IMG/VR virus record: IMGVR_UViG_3300027958_000007
Reading direction: 5' to 3' (one strand)
From: a virus
Length of the DNA stretch: 35,263 nt
Below the pieces are notes generated by a model that was not told where the DNA came from, ran no database searches, and saw only the letters and a list, made by a program, of their open reading frames with translations. Numbering within the stretch: the stretch's first letter is position 1; each line of letters starts with the position of its first letter. The position numbers were made by a program, and so were the translations under genes. Below are positions 16,571 through 24,693 of this stretch, one piece after another.

Positions 16571-18133
16571 TTAGCCCAATTGAAAACTTAGCGAAATTAT
16601 CATACCTTTGGCCTTTGTGGTCTGAACGGCGTCCACATCAATAGCAATCAGGTCGTTGGTGGCCACATCGTCGTGTGTGGTATCAATAACCACCGGAGTT
16701 GTCGCCGTATCAGTTCCTGCCTCGGTACTATCCCAAGTCAATTTTGTACTCAACATATCCACGCTATCAGTTACATTCCTAATCTGTACATCCATCGTTC
16801 CAGTTATTCCCGCGGTTATCGCTCGGCCGTGTACGCCAACCAAATTCATCCCATTCAAAGCCGACGGGACTACAAAGTAGCATTTTCCGTCGCCGGTAGC
16901 CACATCGGTCGCAAAATCAAACACAATCATCTGCACGGTCTTAATCCCGAAGTTAGAACCCGCCAAAGCGTCCGGAGAAATCGCCCGCGCTTCATCCGTT
17001 CCCGTGTTGACTTCGCTTGCGATAGCAATTTCGACAATTCCCTCGACTGTCGTGCTTGCGCTTGGCTCATCTCCGCTATTCGTTCCGCTTGTGTTCCCTA
17101 TAACAACCTTTTCCGCGTCTGTTACATAATTGTCATCCGCGCTAAGTGCCGGGGCAAATGCGGTCGTGTCCTCTGCTGCTGCCGATCCCAATGCTGGCTT
17201 ATTCAAAATTTGAGCATCACCACTGACAGCGTCCCAATCTGCCTGCACATTTACCTCAGCCCCAGCGGCGATGCCATCAAGTTTGTTTTTATCTCCGGCC
17301 ACAAAAGACGCCGCCTCACTTGCTGCAAAAACCGGGTCGGTTTCCGCCGGGATATCCCCAACCGTGATAAATTCCGCATCATTATTCAAATCGCTCAAAT
17401 TATGGCCGTGTGCAACTGCCGCATACACTAAGTCGTGATTGTGATCGATTGCCGCATAGTCCAAGTCATGATTGTGAGCGATTGCGGCGTAAACTAGATC
17501 GTGATTGTGCGCGACAAGCGCGTATTCGGAGTGAGTATGGAATATTTCTGCATAAACCAAATCATGATTATGATCTGATGCCGCTTTTCCCGCTAAAACC
17601 AAGGTCAAATCTTCTTGATCTGCCAATGTTCCCGTAATATTCCCCCATTCTGCGCCGGATATTTTTGTATTGATCAAATCAATTAAATCGGTCTGCTCAT
17701 AAATATCGCCAAGAATATGCCCCCATTCTGTGGATGTAAAGACCTCAAGGAATGTCCGAACCTTGAAAGTAAAATTTATACTAAAAAGATGACGGTTGCT
17801 TTCGTCTTGCCCAAGTTGTGCTGGGAGTCCATTTGCAAAAACTTCCATCACATCAACACCGTCACTTTCCAAAACCAAATCATCACCTTGTCCATGCAAT
17901 AAATCATAAATATCGTTTGCCTTTGCCAACCCGGTCGAAAATACTGCGTCCCGGACTGAGATTTGCACCGCGATATCTTGGAGCGGTAAATATCTGTCTG
18001 GGGTTCCACCAGTCTGCGTGATCATCACGACATTATTCACATTGTCAGGCATCCGGCTAATAAAAATATCAACGGACTTGGTTCCGATGCCTTGATTTTG
18101 CAAATAGGTCGCTATGTTTCTCAGCAATATCAT
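16571..18133 (-). CDS. Fusion of a tail-terminator / minor-capsid-like N-domain to a fiber-like region
   Basis: 520 aa. Residues 1-128 resemble the minor capsid 2 / tail completion family (LQNQGIGTKSVDIFISRMPD). Then come EWGxIxG repeats, six HxH repeats, a KLDGIAAGAEVN fiber motif and a C-terminal beta-rich domain. Confidence 0.6.
   Translation of the reverse strand: MILLRNIATYLQNQGIGTKSVDIFISRMPDNVNNVVMITQTGGTPDRYLPLQDIAVQISVRDAVFSTGLAKANDIYDLLHGQGDDLVLESDGVDVMEVFANGLPAQLGQDESNRHLFSINFTFKVRTFLEVFTSTEWGHILGDIYEQTDLIDLINTKISGAEWGNITGTLADQEDLTLVLAGKAASDHNHDLVYAEIFHTHSEYALVAHNHDLVYAAIAHNHDLDYAAIDHNHDLVYAAVAHGHNLSDLNNDAEFITVGDIPAETDPVFAASEAASFVAGDKNKLDGIAAGAEVNVQADWDAVSGDAQILNKPALGSAAAEDTTAFAPALSADDNYVTDAEKVVIGNTSGTNSGDEPSASTTVEGIVEIAIASEVNTGTDEARAISPDALAGSNFGIKTVQMIVFDFATDVATGDGKCYFVVPSALNGMNLVGVHGRAITAGITGTMDVQIRNVTDSVDMLSTKLTWDSTEAGTDTATTPVVIDTTHDDVATNDLIAIDVDAVQTTKAKGMIISLSFQLG
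17402..17572 (-). repeat. Coding tandem repeat of about 33 bp (11 aa) encoding six HxH motifs
   Basis: DHNHDLVYAEIFHTHSEYALVAHNHDLVYAAIAHNHDLDYAAIDHNHDLVYAAVAHGHN. The repeated gtgattgtg.. units are visible in the DNA. Confidence 0.85.
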
Positions 18134-18137
18134 ATTT

Positions 18138-18533
18138 TTATATTTTACCGGTTAATTTACTGGCCACAAATTCCTTTCCAATCTTATTCCACATCGAGAT
18201 ATTCAGCCGCAACGGATCTTCGAGATATTTCTTTTTGCGCCCCTTTTGATAATTGATGATCGCGTGGCTACCATCTCGCCTAAACCCCTCATGCACATAA
18301 GCGGCGTAAGGCGTATTATAGGCCACGCAAACTGCGTCCTCGGCTGGTTCAAAAAATACATTTGCCGACGCCTGTAAGGTTCCCTTGTCGTGTGGCACTT
18401 CCATACGAGACAGTAACAACAAGCTATCCGCCATTTCCTCGCGGGCAACTAGCCACCATTTATCGACTTGCTTGTCGAGACTCGAAAGTCCTCGCAATAA
18501 ATCGCTGCCATCATAAGAAACACTAAATCCCAT
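18138..18533 (-). CDS. HK97 gp10-family head-tail joining protein
   Basis: 131 aa. VPHDKGTLQASANV...YAAYVHEG pattern. Confidence 0.65.
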   Translation of the reverse strand: MGFSVSYDGSDLLRGLSSLDKQVDKWWLVAREEMADSLLLLSRMEVPHDKGTLQASANVFFEPAEDAVCVAYNTPYAAYVHEGFRRDGSHAIINYQKGRKKKYLEDPLRLNISMWNKIGKEFVASKLTGKI

Positions 18534-18550
18534 ATAAAAAGAAAAAACAG

Positions 18551-18868
18551 TTATTCGTTGGTTTTCGTTAATAGCGCTTTTTTGTGGCTTATGTTTCCGG
18601 ATAAATCTCGTTTTATTTCTACCTTTACAACTTTATAATTACTGCCGCCATATACAATCACATCTTCCAGGTCAACCGTCTGATCTGCGCGCATCCAAAC
18701 CTCAGCGTCAATCGCATATTCCATCCCTGCATCATTGCGAATTGTCTTTGTGATATTTTGGAATCTCACCCCGATTGTCGTCCCGGTTGATATCACCGGC
18801 TTGCCCTCTAAATCAAAGCCCGTGCGGGACTTGATGACTGCAAACTGGTTTAAATATGTCTCAATCAT
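18551..18868 (-). CDS. Head closure / head-tail adaptor protein
   Basis: 105 aa. Call rests on position and size between the connector and the gp10-like gene. Confidence 0.55.
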   Translation of the reverse strand: MIETYLNQFAVIKSRTGFDLEGKPVISTGTTIGVRFQNITKTIRNDAGMEYAIDAEVWMRADQTVDLEDVIVYGGSNYKVVKVEIKRDLSGNISHKKALLTKTNE

Positions 18869-18872
18869 TTTT

Positions 18873-19589
18873 TTATGTTAGCCGACCGATTACAGTCCAC
18901 ATGCCTTTCAAGAGTCCCTTGGCTTCGTTTGATATCGCAACCTTGCCGGATCCAATCATGCCATCTGCAAAAGTTTCGGATAAATCACCGATGCTAAAAC
19001 TCTTTACGCCCTCACTCTGCATTTTCTGCCTTTCGCCTCCGCCATTCGATAAATACAGGACTTGCTCGATAGTTGCATATTTCACCTTTTTATCAATCGC
19101 CTCAACGACAATACATCGGCTGGTCGTATCGACTGCCGGGCTGAAATCTGTCTCGGTTTCAATCTCGCCGGTTGCACTCACAAAGTTTGCCACCTTGTAA
19201 GTGTTCCCCTTTCCGGCACCGTCAATGATGATGATTGCCCCGCCATTGAAATAATCATCCGGCAAAGTCTGCACATCTCGCAAGGCCGATGCGGTGATTT
19301 TTTTGGTGGCCACTGTCTCAACAACCCCATAAAACATTTCTTCATCTTTGGTCGGGTGTTTCAGTGATTGCTCAAGCCGAAAATACATCGCATCATCAAA
19401 CATCGACTTACTTCTAAATCTCAGCGTGTCGATATGTTTTGTGGCTAATTTCAAGATAGCTTCTTTTTGTTCGGTGGTTAGGGCAGTATAATTGGCAACA
19501 TCCTTGCGGTTCGCTAAGTAAGCATCAGCCTCGGCAGCCGTCACATAGCTGTCGGCGAGGGGATGGGTTGGTGTTGTTTCCAATGACAT
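18873..19589 (-). CDS. Head-tail connector (adaptor) protein with a C-terminal extension
   Basis: 238 aa. N-terminal DSYVTAAEADAYLANR...EQKEAILKLATKHID is typical of gp6/DnaT_2-like adaptors. Confidence 0.6.
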   Translation of the reverse strand: MSLETTPTHPLADSYVTAAEADAYLANRKDVANYTALTTEQKEAILKLATKHIDTLRFRSKSMFDDAMYFRLEQSLKHPTKDEEMFYGVVETVATKKITASALRDVQTLPDDYFNGGAIIIIDGAGKGNTYKVANFVSATGEIETETDFSPAVDTTSRCIVVEAIDKKVKYATIEQVLYLSNGGGERQKMQSEGVKSFSIGDLSETFADGMIGSGKVAISNEAKGLLKGMWTVIGRLT

Positions 19590-19609
19590 AAATTTATTTT
19601 AAAAAAGTC

Positions 19610-20638
19610 TTAAAATCTGTTTTTTTCTTGTTCGTTGTCGTGATAGCACATTTGCGCGACCAACTCATCAAAGGAATATTCCGACTTCCAATTCAGCTTT
19701 GTTTTCGCTTTGCTAGGATCACCAATCAGCAAGTCAACTTCGGCCGGACGGTAGAACTCTTTATTTATCTTTATTATAATCTTATTTGTGATTTTATCAA
19801 TACCGACTTCCTCCAATCCTGACCCAGCCCAGCCAATTTCCATCCCAAAGTGCGTTGCGGCCTTTTCGACAAATTCCCGGATAGTCCTAGTCTCGCCAGT
19901 CGCGATGACATAATCATCCGGCTGATCTTGTTGCAACATCAGCCACATCGCCATGACATAATCCCGAGCATGCCCCCAATCTCGTTTTGCGTCTAGGTTC
20001 CCCAGCTCCAAAACCTCCTGTTTTCCAGCCTTGATCCTCGCCAGCGCTTTGGTTATTTTACGAGTCACGAAGTTGGTGCCACGATGCGGGCTTTCGTGAT
20101 TAAAAAGGATGCCGCAAGATGCGTGCATGCCATAACTTTCCCGATAGTTCACGGTGATCCAATGGCCGAAAAGCTTGGCGACTCCATACGGTGATCGGGG
20201 ATGAAATGGCGTGGTTTCTTTCTGCGGAATTTCTTGGACTGCACCAAACATCTCGCTGGTTGACGCTTGGTAAAATCTGCATGTCGGCTTGTATTTTCTG
20301 ATAGCATCCAATAATCGCAAAACACCCAAAGCGTTTACATTCGCCGTATATTCCGGAATTTGGAAGCTGGCACCAACATGGCTTTGTGCAGCTAGATTAT
20401 AGACTTCGTCCGGCATAATCTCTCCAATCAATTTGTCAATCAAAGATGTGTCGCCCATTTCCCCATAATGCAATTTTACCGGGGCGCTAAATCTTGCCTC
20501 GGCTTCTTGCAAGCTCTCACCGCTGTTTGATCGGTGGATGCCGTGGACTTCATAGCCCATATTGGCCAGCAATTCGACCAAATAATAAGAGTCCTGCCCA
20601 CCACATCCGGTCACCAACGCTACTTTTCTTTTTTCCAT
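19610..20638 (-). CDS. gmd: GDP-mannose 4,6-dehydratase
   Basis: 342 aa. ALVTGCGGQDSYYL Rossmann motif, SPYGVAKLFGHW (YxxxK), FNHESPHRG and RDWGHARDYV. Confidence 0.9.
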   Translation of the reverse strand: MEKRKVALVTGCGGQDSYYLVELLANMGYEVHGIHRSNSGESLQEAEARFSAPVKLHYGEMGDTSLIDKLIGEIMPDEVYNLAAQSHVGASFQIPEYTANVNALGVLRLLDAIRKYKPTCRFYQASTSEMFGAVQEIPQKETTPFHPRSPYGVAKLFGHWITVNYRESYGMHASCGILFNHESPHRGTNFVTRKITKALARIKAGKQEVLELGNLDAKRDWGHARDYVMAMWLMLQQDQPDDYVIATGETRTIREFVEKAATHFGMEIGWAGSGLEEVGIDKITNKIIIKINKEFYRPAEVDLLIGDPSKAKTKLNWKSEYSFDELVAQMCYHDNEQEKNRF

Positions 20639-20796
20639 TTTATTATTATTTTATTGATTATTGCTTTTGTTGTTTGTAATATTGTGCGACACTTGAAAGC
20701 TGAACAGCAATGATGGTCTCGGTCTTTCAGCTTCCAAAAGTGCGGGTTTCCACAACTTTCTTTTCTCCGGCAATTATTGCAATTATATTTTTTCAT
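20620..20796 (-). CDS. Possible small Cys/His-rich protein (58 aa)
   Basis: MKKYNCNNCRRKESCGNPHFWKLKDRDHHCCSAFKC... It bridges the 144-bp gap between GT2 and gmd and overlaps both neighbours. This is the trimmed version of track ORF 20620..20922. Confidence 0.3.
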   Translation of the reverse strand: MKKYNCNNCRRKESCGNPHFWKLKDRDHHCCSAFKCRTILQTTKAIINKIIIKWKKEK

Positions 20797-21580
20797 TCCA
20801 TTTGATGGCGACAAACTCTTCCGGGTGTTCGCCATAAAAATGTTTAACTCCCTCGGTTGCGCTGGGGTCGTCATCCGTTTGGCTTTCATCCCAAGGCGTA
20901 ATTGCATCGCCGATCTCCTCACCGTTGCGCTGGCTATAAAATTTCAACTTTGCCTTTATCTGATCGGATGGCTTGATACAAGCGTAATGATAATATGGTA
21001 TTTTTGTCACGATGGTCTGCCCGACGCTGGTGATAAGCAAACCATTTGGCAATTCAACTGGGAAATCATGCGCGCCCCACCTTATCCCCGGCAAATTTTT
21101 AAAAAGTCGCACCGGTTCAGTTTCCCAAATTCCACCAAAGCGGACAAAGTCGGAGGTTTTCCAAAAATGGATCGGCTTGACTGTGAAAGCGTTGGCGTTT
21201 GGGTTCGCCTCGGCGCAATCTATCAAGTCTCGCAAATCCTTGTATTTCCATACTTCATCGCCATCAATTGGCAAAATATAATCAACGCCATCCCGGGCGA
21301 TATTTAGCGCAATGTTTTGAACTTCACTTTTTCCGCTAGAAAACCCGAATTGATTAAATAATATTTTGTGGCCAGCGGGATGGTTCTGCATAATTTCCCT
21401 AATTTTTTGGGCAGTTCCATCGATACTAAGCCCATCCGGTGTGCATTGGTGTTCATTGTGTTTGCAACAACTTTCAACGATAGCAATTTTTTCGATTTCC
21501 GGATGCCTGAGTAAAGAACGCAAGCATGCCCCGATAAATATTTCCTCATTCAAAACGCAAAGCGTGACGCCAATTTTCAT
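20783..21580 (-). CDS. Family 2 glycosyltransferase (GT-A fold)
   Basis: 265 aa. N-terminal IGVTLCVLNEE... and the DxD motif ILPIDGDEVW. Confidence 0.8.
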   Translation of the reverse strand: MKIGVTLCVLNEEIFIGACLRSLLRHPEIEKIAIVESCCKHNEHQCTPDGLSIDGTAQKIREIMQNHPAGHKILFNQFGFSSGKSEVQNIALNIARDGVDYILPIDGDEVWKYKDLRDLIDCAEANPNANAFTVKPIHFWKTSDFVRFGGIWETEPVRLFKNLPGIRWGAHDFPVELPNGLLITSVGQTIVTKIPYYHYACIKPSDQIKAKLKFYSQRNGEEIGDAITPWDESQTDDDPSATEGVKHFYGEHPEEFVAIKWNEKI

Positions 21581-21581
21581 T

Positions 21582-22742
21582 CTATTTTTGCATTAAGGAT
21601 TTGATAATATTTGCCACCCCCTGAGCGGTGTATTTTGCTTGCCAGCGTTTTGCATGGCGCGCCAGCTTCATCTCACGAATCATCCGGGTGCCTTGTCCCA
21701 ACTTGAATTTGTTATATTCAGCCCGCATCGCCTTTCGGACGCTTGCGATGGTTGGTTGAAATTGCGTGCCTAAATCAAGGCCAGCAAATTCCACATTGTC
21801 GTATCTCGGCTTTATACCTACGCAATCCAGCCGTTCCATCAAACTTTCATCAAAATATTCGTGCATGCCAGTGTGATCCGGGACAATTATTGGCATGCCG
21901 GTGGCCATGCACTCAAGGGGAGTCAATCCAAAACCTTCACCTCGAGATGGGAAAACAAAGCAATCCGATTTTTGCATCATATCGCGCAATTCATCCAGCG
22001 TGTAAATCTTTTTAATGACTTCTACTTTGGGATATTCTGAAAGCGATGTTGTTTTTTCCACGGTAGTCTTAAAAACTAGGCGCACTGGCTCATCCGCACC
22101 AAACTCATCATCAAATGCGTTTAGTACGATATCCCAGCCTTTACGGTATTTAAAAGCGTCGAAATGCAAGAATGTAAAAATATGATCATCCGGGCGGATC
22201 CTGTCTAATAAATAAAATTTGTCCGGCTCATAGCCAAGTGGGACAACATCACATTCCAAACCAAATTGGTTCTTTAAAATATTGGAGCAAAACCGAGACG
22301 GTACAATCCGGCGATCAGCTTTCGCCCACCACTCACCCCAAAACTCCGGATATTTTGTGGTCTCAAACATCGAAAAGATAATATTTTTTGGTGCCTTTGA
22401 ATAGACGAGTGTGTTTGGCAAATGGTAATTCAAACAAATTTCTTGACCCTCATATTCGTCATTTAAAAAAACACCATGCTTTTCAATATCTTTTTTTAGT
22501 AATAATGCGCTGGCCGAATATCCGTCATAAGCAAACATATTTGATGAGATAAAATGCACATTGATGAAATCCCTCAACCCCTTTTTTTTGGCTTCTAGCG
22601 CTCTTCGTTCCTCTTGCGCTATAAAAATCCTTTCTCTCGAATCAAGCCGCTTATACCCTTTCCGCCTTAACTCAAAGAATTGCGCGATGTTAATGTTTTT
22701 TTTCTCGATGTTTCCGTTGGGAGCTTTCAAGCACATTTCCAT
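21582..22742 (-). CDS. GT1/GT4-type glycosyltransferase (GT-B fold)
   Basis: 386 aa. FVFPSRGEGFGLTPLECMATGMPIIV (EX7E motif). Confidence 0.8.
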   Translation of the reverse strand: MEMCLKAPNGNIEKKNINIAQFFELRRKGYKRLDSRERIFIAQEERRALEAKKKGLRDFINVHFISSNMFAYDGYSASALLLKKDIEKHGVFLNDEYEGQEICLNYHLPNTLVYSKAPKNIIFSMFETTKYPEFWGEWWAKADRRIVPSRFCSNILKNQFGLECDVVPLGYEPDKFYLLDRIRPDDHIFTFLHFDAFKYRKGWDIVLNAFDDEFGADEPVRLVFKTTVEKTTSLSEYPKVEVIKKIYTLDELRDMMQKSDCFVFPSRGEGFGLTPLECMATGMPIIVPDHTGMHEYFDESLMERLDCVGIKPRYDNVEFAGLDLGTQFQPTIASVRKAMRAEYNKFKLGQGTRMIREMKLARHAKRWQAKYTAQGVANIIKSLMQK

Positions 22743-22803
22743 CTTTATTTTATTATAGTTTAGTTATGTTTTTATTTTATCACAAAAGGGGATTGACGCA
22801 ACT

Positions 22804-22833
22804 AAAAAAGGCACCCACGAGGATGCCTTTTTT
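22804..22833 (-). terminator. Intrinsic terminator downstream of the major capsid gene (probably leaky)
   Basis: GGCA(CC)/(GG)aTGCC stem flanked by A6 and T6. On the minus RNA the stem is followed by UUUUUU, 16 nt after the MCP stop. Confidence 0.65.
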
Positions 22834-22848
22834 ATATTCAATTTTCGA

Positions 22849-23751
22849 CTAGCTCTTCAAAATGACACAAAGGTCATCGCGCATGATCGCTACACCAAAC
22901 AAAGTGTCGAGTGTGATTTGATCAGCTAGGTTGGCAGCATCGTATGAATAAATCACGCGAATTATAATGCCATCCTTTTCAACATATCCAACCTTAACAC
23001 CGGGAGCCATAGGTTTTGCCAAGGCTCGAGTTGCCAACACCATAGCGTTTCTTTGGAAAGCCATGTTGTAAGTTGTTGCTGGGCTGCCATCTTCAACCGG
23101 AAAAATAGACTCCATAGTTCTGAAACCATAGATTTTTCCAAGTTCACCATCTTGCACAACTGCGCTTGATCCATACTTCTCAGTCGAAACAAATACGGCT
23201 TCCTCGACAATGTTATTCACATTTTCCGGAGTAATATACAGATATCTCTCCATTCGAGGTGCGCGACGGGTGGTCAAATCTGCGCGGGCTTGTTTAACTA
23301 GGTCGCCAGTCACCGCAACGCCTTGAGATCCAAGGGTGTGAGTGAAAGTCAACGCTAGGGTAGCCAATGCGGTTTCAATCTGCTCTGCCAAGGCGATCAT
23401 ACCATCTGCAATATACCCATCTTGGATAACTTGCTCACCGGTTGCCAACGTCTTGACGATATCTTCAACAGCAAAGGTAACTTCCCAGTGCTGATCGAGT
23501 GTCACATCGACTGTGGTCGCTGTTGGGTCTTGAACGGTTACTTTGGTATTCTGCAATTTTCTGTTTGCGGTTACTGCACCACGAACAGGAACTTTGATTA
23601 CATCGCCGATTTTTTGGCTGGTATAATCTGCGTCACGCGCTACATTTTTGGCAAGGTGTAGCTCGGCCTCTAAAGCTCCAAGAGCTTTGTTTGCGACAAT
23701 CTCGGGTACAAATGCACCACCCTTTGTCATGCCAATAGTTACTTCCGGCAT
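22849..23751 (-). CDS. Major capsid protein (HK97 fold, P22-coat/gp5-like pattern)
   Basis: 300 aa, directly after the scaffold gene. N-terminal pattern FVPEIVANKALGALEAELHLAKNVARD. Confidence 0.8.
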   Translation of the reverse strand: MPEVTIGMTKGGAFVPEIVANKALGALEAELHLAKNVARDADYTSQKIGDVIKVPVRGAVTANRKLQNTKVTVQDPTATTVDVTLDQHWEVTFAVEDIVKTLATGEQVIQDGYIADGMIALAEQIETALATLALTFTHTLGSQGVAVTGDLVKQARADLTTRRAPRMERYLYITPENVNNIVEEAVFVSTEKYGSSAVVQDGELGKIYGFRTMESIFPVEDGSPATTYNMAFQRNAMVLATRALAKPMAPGVKVGYVEKDGIIIRVIYSYDAANLADQITLDTLFGVAIMRDDLCVILKS

Positions 23752-23789
23752 TTTATTTGAATTTTAACTAATAAAATTTTGTTTTCGTT

Positions 23790-24482
23790 TTATGCTGGGT
23801 CGATATCATCGATGATTTTCCCCTCTTTGTACGCTTGCAAAATTTCTGCCTCATTCGCTTTGAAAAAGTCATGCTTTTGCAATTCTGAACGCTTAAAGGA
23901 TCTCACCGCCGCATTGCCTCCGTCTGGGGCGCCACCTCCACCGGCATTTCCGATATTGGCTGGCGTTGGTGCTGGGCTACCAAATAAATATGCTTTTTCA
24001 GTTTTCAATGCCTCAACGATTACCTTGACACTTGCCGCATCCACATCGCCATTCTCTGACAATTGGATTTTACTCATGTCGGTCAACTTTGTTACAGCGT
24101 CCAAATCGATAGCGCCTAATTTCATGGCCTCAGAAATCAAAGCGTTGGTTTTCACCGATGACTCAAATTTCTGCTTATAGGTCATGGCCTCTTCTTCTTT
24201 CGCTTTGGCCAGTTGTTCAAACTCACCTTTCTTTTTCATGTCAGCTTCTTTGCGGGTCGCTTCCTCAGCTTCACGCGCTGCGTTGGCTGCGGTATGCTCT
24301 CGCACTTTTGCTGCGACTACTTCGTAACTGTCATGGCGGATATATTTCACTCCGTCTTTTTCAATTACACCATCATGCGATGGGGTTGGCGCTGGTGCCG
24401 GTGCTGGCGTTGCCGCTGGCGCCGGAGTTCCGGCCGTTGGTGTTTCTGTCGCTGGTGCTGGTGCTGGGGTGATTTCTGGCAT
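23790..24482 (-). CDS. Capsid scaffolding protein with a Pro/Ala/Thr-rich N-terminus
   Basis: 230 aa. Charged helical core (EAEEATRKEADMKKKGEFEQLAKAKEEE), positioned upstream of MCP. Confidence 0.7.
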   Translation of the reverse strand: MPEITPAPAPATETPTAGTPAPAATPAPAPAPTPSHDGVIEKDGVKYIRHDSYEVVAAKVREHTAANAAREAEEATRKEADMKKKGEFEQLAKAKEEEAMTYKQKFESSVKTNALISEAMKLGAIDLDAVTKLTDMSKIQLSENGDVDAASVKVIVEALKTEKAYLFGSPAPTPANIGNAGGGGAPDGGNAAVRSFKRSELQKHDFFKANEAEILQAYKEGKIIDDIDPA

Positions 24483-24538
24483 ATTGTTTTTGGTTTAAAA
24501 GTTATATCGGATTTTTTCGCAACCCGCTTCGTGCCTAA

Positions 24539-24566
24539 ATTATAACACTATTTTTTTTTGACGCAA
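24539..24566 (-). promoter_or_regulatory. Sigma70-type promoter with an extended -10, upstream of scaffold/MCP
   Basis: Minus strand: TTGCGT (24566-24561), 16-nt spacer, TGT-TATAAT (-10 at 24544-24539), about 57 nt before the ATG at 24482. Confidence 0.6.
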
Positions 24567-24590
24567 ATAAAAAAATAAATTTTGTCAATA

Positions 24591-24628
24591 ACTTTTTTGG
24601 AAAAACTTTTTTGGAAAAACTTTTTGAG
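24591..24628. repeat. 14-bp tandem repeat ACTTTTTTGGAAAA, 2.7 copies
   Basis: Exact copies at 24591-24604 and 24605-24618, with a partial copy at 24619-24628. Confidence 0.9.
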
Positions 24629-24636
24629 TTGTGAGC

Positions 24637-24693
24637 GGGTAGGGACGGGGTGGGTCGCACGCGTAAGGGTGGGGGCTAGGGGTGGGGACAGGG
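24637..24693 (+). other. Two tandem canonical G-quadruplex motifs. The complementary strand is a C-rich, G-poor tract on the minus-strand RNA.
   Basis: Motif 1: GGGtaGGGacGGGGtGGG (24637-24654). Motif 2: GGGtGGGGGctaGGGGtGGGGacaGGG (24667-24693). Confidence 0.8.

Noticed and set aside
18203-18448. Minus-strand ORFs nested out of frame inside larger genes: 18203..18448, 20100..20282, 21304..21549, 22962..23210, 27806..28123, 2032..2352, 8055..8270, 9799..10065, 10886..11092, 11973..12233, 26586..26792, 30571..30771 and 33605..33793.
   Set aside because: Each is fully contained in a gene whose frame carries recognisable conserved motifs. Their compositions are Arg/Cys/Trp-rich, which is typical of off-frame translation.
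20695-20733. A hairpin (AAGCTGAA / TTCAGCTT, 21-nt loop) in the GT2-gmd gap.
   Set aside because: The stem is only 8 bp with a large loop and no flanking U-run. The region may instead be coding, given the 58-aa Cys-rich ORF.
22752-22757. A perfect TATAAT 9 nt upstream of the GT1 start codon, considered as a promoter for the glycan cassette.
   Set aside because: There is no acceptable -35 or TGn element at 16-18 nt, and the spacing would give an almost leaderless mRNA. It is retained only as context for the shared 9-mer finding.
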